From positions 1 to 64,000 of the forward strand of contig CBFFRP010000289.1 of the NCBI GenBank assembly GCA_965644295.1: a stretch of DNA of 64,000 nt. The letters run 5' to 3'. The DNA is from Paraphysomonas bandaiensis (Eukaryota > Protista > Chrysophyceae). Both the position numbers and the translations under genes were made by a program. The notes under the pieces were generated by a model, which saw only the letters and a program-made list of their open reading frames with translations, did no database searches and was not told the DNA's origin. Positions 38,490 through 49,605 of the stretch are shown in pieces (the first letter of the stretch is position 1; every line of letters starts with the position of its first letter).

Positions 38490-39100
38490 GGTGTATAGAG
38501 AACATAACACGTCGCACATTCGTTTTCCAATTGCGGTTTAACACCATATGTCTGCGCCAATCTTGAGTTCGACAGTGTTTTACTCAAAATAAAAGTTGGA
38601 CCATCTAACAAATTGACACATGCGGCGGTGTACACGTACTTTTTTTGGCTCGTTGTTGTTTAAATATTGTGTCATTTGTTAGATATATAAAAATAGGAAA
38701 GTCAATAGGGCAAGTAACATCTATGCCGTGCAATCTTAAGTTCACATGAACATTTTATTTGTCAGACAGAACTCGAAATAAGAGTTGAACATCTACCAAA
38801 TTGACACAAACATGCGGCAATGTACACATGTACACGTACTCCTTTTAGTGCAAGTCTTTTAATAGAAGTCAATTGCGCAAGTAACATTCATTCTGCTCCA
38901 TACAATCTTTGCATCCGACCTTGTTTTTCTCGAAATAAAAGTTGAAACATTTAACAAATTGACACAAACATATGGTGGTGTACATATGTTTTTTTTATGT
39001 TTCGTTGTCCCATAAGCAGTGCAAGTGGAATTGAATTCGATACTGCCTGTTTTATGTTTTACCAAAACTATCTAACATATTGGCACGAACATGCATCATA
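38490..39100 (-). repeat. Three to four decayed tandem units of about 180-200 bp
   Basis: AAATAA(A/G)AGTTG..CAT.TA.CAAATTGACACA..GTACAC recurs at about 38587, 38776 and 38933. Confidence 0.7.
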
Positions 39101-39212
39101 TAGAATCAATTTGTCATGAGGATGAATTCAATAGAGAATAGAATATGTGTATATACTGGTATGCGACGGAGAAGGGGAATCATTTTTGGCATATAAAATA
39201 GGTGTCTGATTT

Positions 39213-39809
39213 CTACTTTATTAATAGTACTTCGGCAAAAACAGCAATTTGATTAGCCCGATTACGCTTTAATAATTTTTCTTGTAGGTTTAAACATTCT
39301 GTAGAAAATTTCAATCCGCGATAGGCTTCATTAAGTAACCTTCCAGTGGTATCAAATTTCAAATCGGATTGATACATTTCTTCGTCATTTCTACAACCAA
39401 ATCCACGCTTTGTATTTTCAAGGTAGCCCAACATACTCAAAATGGTGAGCTCTTCTTCTTCGTCATATATGGTAGAAAGTTTAAGTTCCCAATCTCGAGC
39501 ATCATTCATAGCGGACGTATATCCAGCTCTAATGATGTCACTATCCTTGGTATCATAGCATTCATCTAATGACCGTTTGCTGTGTGAACCTCTGAAATTC
39601 AAAACGTTTGAAGACTCCCTGAGCACCGTTGAAGAAGTGAGCTTCGATTCCGCTTCCAATGTGGATAAGGTCGCCATTGGCTTCATTTCTGGTCGTTTGG
39701 TCTTTTTTCCACACTGAATATTGGGTTCTATACCATCCTCTATTGAGCAATCTCTGGGATAAGGACCGATACACTCTTTGTCTCGGGCATGCATTTGTCT
39801 ACAATACAC
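39213..39809 (-). CDS. Hypothetical protein (5' end uncertain)
   Basis: 198-codon ORF with protein-like composition; no motif recognised. Confidence 0.4.
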   Translation of the reverse strand: MYCRQMHARDKECIGPYPRDCSIEDGIEPNIQCGKKTKRPEMKPMATLSTLEAESKLTSSTVLRESSNVLNFRGSHSKRSLDECYDTKDSDIIRAGYTSAMNDARDWELKLSTIYDEEEELTILSMLGYLENTKRGFGCRNDEEMYQSDLKFDTTGRLLNEAYRGLKFSTECLNLQEKLLKRNRANQIAVFAEVLLIK

Positions 39810-39933
39810 GGTATTGACATCGTATTAGCAAATATAAGAATGCATAATGCATTGTAACCATATTACTTGAGCTTACCACATTTCGTAGTAAGAAACATTG
39901 TTCCCCCTATGTCTAGATGTCGTAGGTCACACA

Positions 39934-39935
39934 TG

Positions 39936-39967
<32 letters not shown>

Positions 39968-40414
39968 TGTATGTATGTATGTATGTATGTATGTATGTAT
40001 GTATGTATGTATGTATGTATGTATGTATGTATGTATGTATGTATGTATGTATGTATGTATGTATGTATGTATGTATGTATGTATGTATGTATGTATGTAT
40101 GTATGTATGTATGTATGTATGTATGTATGTATGTATGTACTGTATGTATGTATGTATGTATGTATGTATGTATGTATGTATGTATGTATGTATGTATGTA
40201 TGTATGTATGTATGTATGTATGTATGTATGTATGTATGTATGTATGTATGTATGTATGTATGTATGTATGTATGTATGTATGTATGTATGTATGTATGTA
40301 TGTATGTATGTATGTATGTATGTATGTATGTATGTATGTATGTATGTATGTATGTATGTATGTATGTATGTATGTATGTATGTATGTATGTATGTATGTA
40401 TGTATGTATGTATG
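39934..40414. repeat. (TATG)n microsatellite, about 480 bp
   Basis: Nearly perfect tetranucleotide array with one interruption (GTACTG) near 40138. Confidence 0.98.
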
Positions 40415-40506
40415 TTGTTCGTAGGAGGAATATAGCTACTAGTGGACCACCCAACACAATAACCCAATCGAATTTTAGAAGTTGCAATCGAACTCATTCA
40501 TTAGAA

Positions 40507-41678
40507 ATGGTACTAACGGAAGTGCTTTCAGAAGAAGACTTCAGCACACTCCAGCGGAGTAATGGCCCTGTCGTTTTATTCTTTTTTGCAGAGTGGCATG
40601 AGCCCAGCAAGAGAGGAGGTCAAATGCACCAGGTGCGAATTATAGAATATATTATATTTCATACGTAATAGTTTTTACAGGTTCTTAGCGCTTTGGCTCT
40701 GAAGTACCAATCTATTAAATTTGCGATGCAAGAAGCGGAGAGCATTCCTGCAATAAGCGAACGCTTAGGTGCCCAACTTGTAATTCTGAGAGTGTGATGT
40801 TTAAATGACTCATGGTACAGGTGTATCAGTTGTTCCAACCTTTGTATGTCTTAATAACGAGAAGATAGTGTGGAAGTTGGAAGGTGTGAACCCAACAGAG
40901 TTGGCGAAACTCGTGAAACATGTCGCTGAGAATCCATCAGAGGTCTACGCTCATGCAAGGGTTCACTTTTAAACTGATAACGTATTTAAAGGTATCATCG
41001 GGAAAGGTTATCCCCTCTGCTGAACGGGACGGAAAAGCGAGTGAAGCCGAATTGAAATCCTTGGTGTCGTCCGCACAGGTTATGCTGTTTATGAAGGGGT
41101 CCCCGGACGCACCGCGCTGCGGATTCAGTAGAAAGGCCGTTGAGCTCTTGCGCAGCCAGAATATTCAGTTTGCATCCTTTGATATCCTGACCAATGAAAA
41201 CGTACGGCAGGGCCTTAAAACTCTGTTTGATTGGCCGACATACCCACAGCTCTATGTACGCGGGGAGTTGATCGGCGGTATTGACATCCTGACAGAGATG
41301 GCTTCAGAGGGCAACCTTAAGAGCGAATTAGGAATTACTGACCAGCCCACACTACCAGTCCCATCTCCGAAGAAACCTTTAAACGACCGTCTTCGTGAGC
41401 TTATCAACCAGGCTCCAGTGATGGTGTTTATGAAAGGAAGTCCCGATTCCCCACGATGCGGCTTCAGCAGAGAGGTCGTTAGCCTTTTGAGAGAAGATGG
41501 TATTGAATTCCACCACTTTGATATACTGGGGGACGAAGATGTGAGACAAGGCCTTAAAGTGTTCTCGGACTGGCCCACTTACCCCCAGGTGTATTTCCAG
41601 GGAGCACTTATCGGTGGTCTTGATATATTGCGAGACATGAAAGAAGAAGAGCCCCTTCGGAAACATTTTCAAGTTTAA
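40507..41678 (+). CDS. GLRX3: Multidomain monothiol glutaredoxin (Trx + 2 CGFS Grx; Grx3/PICOT type), 4 exons
   Basis: FFAEWHEPS Trx-like domain; two FMKGSPD.PRCGFSR ... DWPTYPQ.Y..G.LIGG.DI repeats. Confidence 0.93.
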
Positions 41679-42211
41679 GCCTTATAATTTATATCAAATC
41701 TGCTTCAAAATTATAATCTGAATGGTCATCTTGATTTGAATTCTTGCGGTGACAGTAGGCAATATTCCATGCAACGTTTTTAGTATGTCAGATTGAATCA
41801 ATATTACACCACGTTCTTCTAGTTCATGCCAATATATTACATATTACTATTTCCAATACAACGATGCCCTATAGTTGAGGGTAAAAGCTTGTATTACCAC
41901 AAAAAATAACAGCAGACCTGGGTTATTTGTTCTACTTCCCATAGGCTTTTGTCAATATTCAATATAAAATATAATAATCATCAGTAATTGCTAATTATAT
42001 CTATATGAAATAATTTTTGTTTAATACATCGGGTATAATGATAACATGAAAACATATCGAACGCATACATATGCTTTCTTACAGGTAGCTTTTAGTGAAA
42101 TAAATTGCTATCAACGAATATAACAAAAAACGAAACGAAATAGGCAAGACCACAGAATGAAAAGAATACACGATTGTAACAGCTTGACACGAAGAGCTGA
42201 TAAATAACCCG

Positions 42212-43078
42212 TCACGTGGTCGTCATGAATTCAGACGAGCTGCAGAAGCAATATTGCGTGTATGCGCGAACGGTATTACGTGTATGGTAGCACACTGCAC
42301 ACTGATATCTCTGCAGAGCATCAGGTGGCTGCTCCATAAGAAGATACGAATAACCTTTGACATGCATGGGTCCGAATCTTCTCTCGAACACTGCTGCACC
42401 AATAGCTAACCTGTTACTCCGGTGAGCACATACACTTAACACCGTCCCGTTAACCGTATTGACCATACTTTCTGACTTCGACAAGTACTCACACACAGAG
42501 GAAGAGCTATTAAGTGAATCATACATAGATGACGAACCTTCTGTGAACATATCTTCCTCACTAACAGTGTCGATGTCCTGCACTAAATCCCATTCTGCAA
42601 AACCTGGTTGGTACATCGCACGGATAGTGGAGTACACATCGCATTCATAAAACTTCAACGCGGAAACAGCTTCATATTGTGCATCAGTTTTGAATTCCCG
42701 TAGTTCAGAGCCTGACCACCAAACATCTCGCCCAGCGCCGCAGGAAATGTACTCCACCCTAGTAGGGACCAATACTACCTGAACCATCTCCGAAAACGAA
42801 ACGCACCCAGGTCTTTTCTTTACACTGTATCCAGGCGTCGATGGTAAATTTGGGAATTTAACGTCAGATTCTGAGCGGAGCTCCTCCGATGTGGTGTAAC
42901 CAAAGTTGCTGCCATTTTCAGCATCTGTTACAGACATAGAACATAGCGATGTTATATGGTCTCGCAAAAGCGTCGAATTTGAAGTGAATTCACATCTTGA
43001 TGTAGGCTTCTTTATTAGAGGCCACTGAACTCGCCTCCATGACTGCTTTCTGGTGTAAAACGAGTTGCCGGAGGGCAT
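42212..43078 (-). CDS. Hypothetical protein with VSF..V.V..P...E....WW...EL..FK motif
   Basis: Long ORF; VSFSEMVQVVLVPTRVEY..DVWWSGSELREFK resembles, from memory, a motif recurrent in ochrophyte hypothetical proteins. Confidence 0.65.
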   Translation of the reverse strand: MPSGNSFYTRKQSWRRVQWPLIKKPTSRCEFTSNSTLLRDHITSLCSMSVTDAENGSNFGYTTSEELRSESDVKFPNLPSTPGYSVKKRPGCVSFSEMVQVVLVPTRVEYISCGAGRDVWWSGSELREFKTDAQYEAVSALKFYECDVYSTIRAMYQPGFAEWDLVQDIDTVSEEDMFTEGSSSMYDSLNSSSSVCEYLSKSESMVNTVNGTVLSVCAHRSNRLAIGAAVFERRFGPMHVKGYSYLLMEQPPDALQRYQCAVCYHTRNTVRAYTQYCFCSSSEFMTTT

Positions 43079-43363
43079 GACAGCTGTGTAATCTTTCTGC
43101 TTTCTGGTTATGAGATAATCTCTCAATCATTTCCAGCTATTAGAACACTACCTGATCTACAATGTAGTACGTCAGGATACCCTTAAGAAACATGTGTTTG
43201 AGCTGAGATGTCTGTTCAGAGTTGAGGTGTGGGGGGGTGAACGAGTTCTAATTCCTACGTTCGTAGTACGTACTTACAGCTCCACTTTATCGTAGTACGT
43301 ACGTACGAAACTGTATTGAATGAAACCTTCTTCCGGACTTCATGATCATGACATGATAGTTAG

Positions 43364-43448
43364 TAACCCTAACCCTATTCTGCCAGAGGCTGCAAATGTG
43401 CAAGATGCAACAACTGAATTTCGAATTCTAGAATTGGGGTTAGGGTTA
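43364..43448. repeat. 85-bp element bounded by inverted telomere-like repeats
   Basis: TAACCCTAACCCTATTCT ... AGAATTGGGGTTAGGGTTA. Confidence 0.65.
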
Positions 43449-44325
43449 TGTGATGCAGTCCCGCGTCAGGTCAGTAGGAATAGTATCGAGTGTCAATGTT
43501 ACGACCCGTGAGAAAAATGAGCCAGTCGATGAACTGGCACCACTCTAAAACCCATCAAGAAAGTAAACCCGTCAATTTATCCAGCCCGTGTTTTTTTTTC
43601 ACCCACATACCATTGTAAGATATAGCTGATTATTATCGCTCAATGCAACAGCATGATACTAATATATGTTCAATATGTACCATTGTATCAACGACGGTTG
43701 ATATTGTATCATCAGGGAGCACTGTCTCTACACAAACTATTGTTCTATCTGAATGCGTAGAGGTTTATCTAAAGAGCAGTTCCAAAAGAACAGCAGGCAC
43801 CACTCCAGAATAAAATCTACTACTCGCATGCTGCTGTTTGGACAACATCCTAGAAGAGGTCTTAGTGATCTACTCATAGCAAAACCCCAAACAGAAGAGG
43901 ATTTAGAAGATCTTGTAGCTAAGATACGTATGATTAATGTTATCGAGGATCATGAATCAGAGGAATGTAAAGGTGGGTAGTGTTGTTTTAACTAAACCAC
44001 ATCAAGTTGATGCGATTAGATTTCCCAGCTGATTTCTCTGTAAATGTAGTTGGAAGGGCAAGTGCAGTACTAATAAATGTGTATGCAAGAAGAATGGATT
44101 TCTCTGTAACTAGGGGGCACAAATGCAATTTGCTTGCGTGCTGTAACAAGTAGTTTGTGTCATAGTAAACTACTACTTAACCGAGTATAGATAAAATCTT
44201 AACAAGTATGAGATACCAGAGTCTCTACCTCTGGCTCTGCTAAACCAAATACCAACAGCACTATCTTGTTCTTCACTAGCTGTGACTGATGAGGGGTCAT
44301 ATCCCTCAAGCATTATCTTCAAGGT

Positions 44326-44592
44326 AATAAAAGAATTGATCTTAGTAATAGTATAGCAATGTTGTGATTATTAGAGTGTAAGTAATGAACACGATAGAGT
44401 GAAAATTATGAATAACAATATAAAACATAACTATCATGCACAACGGAATGGTTAGAAGTGTAACTGATAATGACGGCGTTATGATGATGATCATGTATCT
44501 TCAACAGATACTCTCTCTAACTCAGTTCATGATATATTTCATTGAACATTACTACTCACAGATACTATCTTGTTTTAAGCTGACTCCTAATA
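44326..44592 (-). mobile_element. Solo LTR of the 8769 Copia family
   Basis: Diverged full-length reverse copy flanked by the perfect 5-bp TSD AAGGT (44321-44325, 44593-44597). Confidence 0.93.
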
Positions 44593-45049
44593 AAGGTCCT
44601 TCTTACTTATTAGAATATGATCTTATTCGAGTATATTCAGTATGTCACTTGAATGTACAGTGAAATATAGTGATGTACAAATGCTGATGATGATATTGAG
44701 AAACTGAAATGGTTTGATCTTCCAAGATATGTTTAGTAACGAGAGGTTCACATATGTAGGAGATTATGCATGAAACAAAATGAGTTTGTGTTGTTTATCA
44801 CAACTTCGTGTAGTTTACTAATAAATGTACAAGGGAAGGTACATTCAGCATTCATTGTAGTTGATGCTGGACCAACTAATGTCCCCGAGGGACACAGCAC
44901 TCTGCAGTTGATGATGTAGTACAGCCTATAAGGAGTATCCGCTGTCATCATATATGTAATGAATATAGAGCATCATCTGTACAGTAGTACTACATTAATT
45001 AATATCATCAGTATATCAGTTATAAGTAATTTAGTCACTATTTACCTTG

Positions 45050-45320
45050 ATATCGTGTCCACTGTATGGGGAAGTGGACCAACTAAAGTTTGGCCACGCA
45101 GTGGAACGAGGCTCCTACACAAACTCCATCCAATCCGCACCCATAACTCCCCTAAACACTACATCTCTTTCCCAGACCGCATACGCGAAACGGTATACGT
45201 CTAGGACAAATCCTATGCAATGGGAAGAAATCGAGCCAAAGGCAAAACCGGGCATGACTTGACAACAGCTGCCACATGCACAGGCTGTGCTCACCCAACA
45301 GAGAATATGGCAAACCAAGT
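45050..45320 (+). pseudogene. Possible non-LTR retrotransposon C-terminal relic
   Basis: ...V*DKSYAMGRNRAKG...ATCTGCAH: an internal stop and a CxxC recalling LINE C-terminal zinc knuckles. Weak. Confidence 0.25.
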
Positions 45321-46000
45321 TAGTAAGACTATAGATATATACATAGATTCTAGTCACAACCGTTCCCATGTCATAATCAGATACTCTTCTATGTCATATT
45401 CATGCTCTCATGAAGAAGGAAGTAGCACTGAAGAGGGATACAGATATCTAACTTGATACTGAAGGCTGGTATGCTGGAATAGCATCTTGTGGGCTAATAA
45501 TCAGGAGCGCTTATGATACTGTAATAGTTATGAGATGCTATCTGCGCATATCACACGCGAGTGGACTTCCTGTATACTTGCCTGTATTTTCTGTATATCG
45601 TTTCCTATTCACCACACATATATATTGTATATATCTGGTATACCGGTATACTGGTATACCATATACTCTGAGTGCACATTCAACTGCTTGTACTTAGCCG
45701 TAGTTTCGCCGTAGTTTGCCCGTATTCTTCTGTTTGCCGATCTTGTGCTGGTGATGATATTGATAAACTAAACCGTCTCTTATCATATAATTCACGCATG
45801 ACAAGACATACATACATGAACAACACCATTTTTATAATCGCAAATACCTGAGACTAATAACTAGGTACAGGAATAGTACTACGTACATTGGTTAATGTAG
45901 CCTGTGTCCGCGCTGTGAATATTCTGGTCGTAATTACCCGGTCTTGTATTTTATCGTTAGTAATCTGCGCGTATATATTTCGGATTTCTATATTTGCCAG

Positions 46001-47644
46001 ATGTCTGATTCGTTTGATAGATACGCATTTGGTTTACACAAAGGTGATACTGGATATGAACGCCCGATCCCACTCGAGAAGAAATCGTCATCAGGATCTA
46101 TAAATTTGAGTAAATCCGACATGGCTATGGATCGTTCCGACAGGATGTCTTTCCACAGCCTCGAGAAAAAGGGTTCTTCTGGGTCGTTCAGTAATAGGCG
46201 GGAGTTCAGGAAAATGGATTCAACTTCCTCCAATGCCAGCGATGCTTTAGATTTCCTGGCGGATATGTGTGTTGAAATTGATGACATAGAAATGACTCTA
46301 TCTGCCTCACCTGAACTCCCTTCAGGTGTTCAGAACAAACAGGGACTTCCACCTAATCCACTGAATGGTAGAGGTGACAGTCCTAAACTGCGAAAAGATG
46401 GCTCTTTTTCGCGGAGGGGTTCGAGCGGAGCGGTGCCAATCCACTCATTGTCCTCTACGCCTGCCCCTGCCATTCAACCCATCCCCTTGAAGTTGATTCA
46501 CCTTGGCGAAAAGAATGTGCATATTATTCCTACCAACCCTGATGACACAGAAGCCCTATTGGCTGCATGCAAGGGTCTTAGCAAAGACGAAGGTGCTGGT
46601 CGAGCGCTCACTATAACGCTTGAGGAGGGAGATTCTGCGCAACTGGCCTCTCTGGTCATCAGTCAGCAGGCCCTTGCTCAGCGCCCGTCCCCCATAAAGC
46701 TGATCAATCCGAAGCATATATATAAGACATCGTGCGATACGTACCGTGTGCAAATGAGTAAAGGCTCAAAAACTAATCCCAATGGCAAGTTTAGTCGGAA
46801 TGCCCGCACTGAAACTGATGCCCTGTGGCTATGTGAGTTTGCCCTAATCCTTATCGATCGACCAAACGGTTTTGAGGACATACTAAATAATGGAAACTAT
46901 AAGTGTATGTTGCAACGGGGAATTGTGAGATCCCCCGAGGACTTTGCAAACAAACTAGGGGAACATCTCTTTGATCTCGGAAGCAGAGACTTATTGAAGA
47001 ATCATGAGGTAGAGCGACTGCATGTTCTTCTACAAAAGCATATCCCTCAGTACCAGTACGACACCATTCCACAGGATGCACTCGGCATAATCCAGCCCCG
47101 ACTTCCACACTCCGATATGAATTTTTCAGGCCTAGGAACACATGTAAAGAGAGAGTTACAATCACAGCCGTCTTTCCTGCACGACCTCCATCAGCAGATG
47201 CAGATGCAGACAGCTGCCATCCAACAGCACCAGCAAGGCACTATTCAAGGACTCTCACAAGGAAATCAGCAACCATACAATCAGCAGGATACGTCGTCCT
47301 CTAACAACTTTATTGGTAAGGCCAGAGGATCACTAAATGGTATTGGTTCTCTACTCACAGGTCCCTGGGGAAGTTTCTCTGACCGAGAGCGTAAGAAACG
47401 ACGCCGAGTTCCCAGTCAGCCTACTACACTCGCTGTGCCACAAGGGCGACAGTACTCACAGCAGCACCAGCAAAATTCGCCTCATGATATCCCTCAGCAG
47501 CAGCAATATCACCAGCAGGGCATGCAGTACCCAGATATTGCGACTCTGACCTCGCAGTTTGTTAAAAATCGGTCTGAGTCACGTACCATATCCTACCCTG
47601 AACAATCCACACCATCTGATATCCGAGGAAATGCTGATATATAA
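46001..47644 (+). CDS. Hypothetical Q-rich nuclear protein with one compact folded domain (possibly AP2-like)
   Basis: Long uninterrupted ORF; low-complexity S/Q flanks; RKKRRR NLS; central KHIYKTSCDTYRVQMSKG..KFSRNARTETDALWLCEFA. Confidence 0.75.
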   Translation: MSDSFDRYAFGLHKGDTGYERPIPLEKKSSSGSINLSKSDMAMDRSDRMSFHSLEKKGSSGSFSNRREFRKMDSTSSNASDALDFLADMCVEIDDIEMTLSASPELPSGVQNKQGLPPNPLNGRGDSPKLRKDGSFSRRGSSGAVPIHSLSSTPAPAIQPIPLKLIHLGEKNVHIIPTNPDDTEALLAACKGLSKDEGAGRALTITLEEGDSAQLASLVISQQALAQRPSPIKLINPKHIYKTSCDTYRVQMSKGSKTNPNGKFSRNARTETDALWLCEFALILIDRPNGFEDILNNGNYKCMLQRGIVRSPEDFANKLGEHLFDLGSRDLLKNHEVERLHVLLQKHIPQYQYDTIPQDALGIIQPRLPHSDMNFSGLGTHVKRELQSQPSFLHDLHQQMQMQTAAIQQHQQGTIQGLSQGNQQPYNQQDTSSSNNFIGKARGSLNGIGSLLTGPWGSFSDRERKKRRRVPSQPTTLAVPQGRQYSQQHQQNSPHDIPQQQQYHQQGMQYPDIATLTSQFVKNRSESRTISYPEQSTPSDIRGNADI

Positions 47645-47899
47645 ACTGCATATTGTGTATTGTGCATGCATCAAGTCCTGTAGATCAGCACATCAATTCT
47701 GTTTATGATATACGCACGAATCAATTCATGATAAGATCAAAGTAGCAACGGTGAATTACAAATTGAGGCGTTAACTAGTGGTGCAATTATATTTAGTATT
47801 TAGAATTTACTGCGAATTACTTCGAGTATATAATAGTGTGAAGTAATTAAGCCATTTACTCGTGAAACAGTTTGTTATTTTATTCATTATCACCTGGTA

Positions 47900-47977
47900 C
47901 AGGGCCTGATAACCATTAATGGTAATGCCACTATAATTGCCGGGAACTGGACTACCATTAATGGTTATCAGGCCCTG
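47900..47977. mobile_element. 78-bp hAT-type mini-MITE
   Basis: Perfect 25-bp TIR CAGGGCCTGATAACCATTAATGGTA; 8-bp TSD ACCTGGTA/GCCTGGTA (7 of 8 match). Confidence 0.85.
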
Positions 47978-49409
47978 GCCTGGTATATATATCAATAGCA
48001 TACCCAAAAGAACATAATGTAAGAGTACGGTGCGCTGGATTGACGTCGTCCTAAACGGTAAGGCATTGTACAAAAAGAAATTTACGCGTTGTTGTAGACT
48101 AGAAAAGTACGACTTGTGGTGCTTCCACTCACACAAATATAGCCACCTATATTTATTTATAACCAACTCTATTTTACCCATTTTGAGCCCATTTATTGTG
48201 TTGAAAGTTTTGGTCTACTATATTCTCCTGGACTTTTTTCGTTGTTTTGAATTTAGTGATAAGTGAGTCAGTGTACGACGTAAATTTATCTTTATGTATA
48301 AGCAATCCTTATACGCTGATATACCCACATAAATAATTTCCTTTTTGACATAAAAAGTTTAATGTCCCCATTTTATAGACCTCAACTCTGTTCTATTCTG
48401 TTTATTAATAGATTGATTAGTGAGCCACTGATTCATATTTAAGTGTTTATTTCACTCTCGCAGTATTAAACGTTGTGACTTCTGAATAACACTTGCATAG
48501 TTTATGTCTAAATGAGTAAAACTTTATTTCAAAAATAGTAGAGTGCCGATAACCCTGCTCCCTTGCAACTGTAATAATACACTTTTTAAATAGTGTAATT
48601 TATGCACTGTAGAGTGTAGAATACAGTTGTAATTGAGGGTTAACATTCCAATGACTGCGATGATTCATCTGACGCCGTTTTGTAAACTATAGTACATCAA
48701 CACAGTTCTATGTCATCTCTCTTTTCCTGAAAAACAGTCGTGGGGGAAAATATCCCGCAGTATTCTTTAGTTACAGGATTACACAGAACAATATTTTCTC
48801 TTGGTCTGGCAACTACTCAGAGATAACACATCCTCAATGAGTGCCTGAATCTTGTGACACTTTTATGAGCACAAACTTAACAAACTATGAACAGAACACA
48901 ATTGCTATGAAACGTTTGTGGAGATTGAATCACCTCAACCGCGAGATAGATCATCAAGAGTCGAAGTGAAGTATACATCAAGAGATGGGCGGTCAGTTGA
49001 AGAAATATGTGAAAGTGAGAGTTTTTACTTACCACTAGTTTTACCTATTTTTGGATGGTACATCATGTTTTTTTGGGAACATTACTATTCTAAGATTACG
49101 CTTGGTAAGCACTTCTACGTATTTTTAACGTATGCATAAATGATTTGTTTAGTGTCACGCAAGTTGCTATATTATAATATTGTCATAAAAAAGTTATTAT
49201 AATGAAGAAAAACCTTCAAGCTTCAACATTCTCATGTAGAAATCGCTTGCCTTTAGGGTGTAGTCTATGGAAGTTCTACTTGCATGAAAATTAAATTTAA
49301 TATATATCATGATGTTTTATTCATATTATATTTACTTGCTACTGTTAGTTTTTTAACCACACTTACAAGAAGTGGTTATATTTTTGTTCAATAATTGAAT
49401 TAAATTTAT

Positions 49410-49605
49410 TGTTATATTGAAAGTCTTATTATTTAGCAATAGGCGTTAAAAACCTGCACCAATATAGTGGCTAGTTGAATGCTAGACATACTAGTTAGAC
49501 CGCTACCCATAACTAATCAGCATAAATTCTATTATCCTACTATTTAGCGCTACAGAAGCTGCTTGTGCGTCGCTGCAAGCACCAAGGGGTGGCCACTTCC
49601 GTTCT
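49410..49605 (+). repeat. Repeat family A copy
   Basis: Near-identical to 17463-17651; starts TGTTATATTGAAAGTC. Confidence 0.85.

Noticed and set aside
39867-40668. ORFs encoding MYVC/HTYI repeats
   Set aside because: Translation artefacts of the (TATG)n microsatellite; only the end of 39898-40668 overlaps the real GLRX3 exon 1.
21271-41678. Functional cluster of Sec-MsrA with glutaredoxin, or of NBS1, REX1B and RING as a DNA-repair cluster
   Set aside because: The genes are many kb apart with unrelated genes between them; CGFS Grx3 is mainly an Fe-S protein; no evidence of clustering beyond chance.
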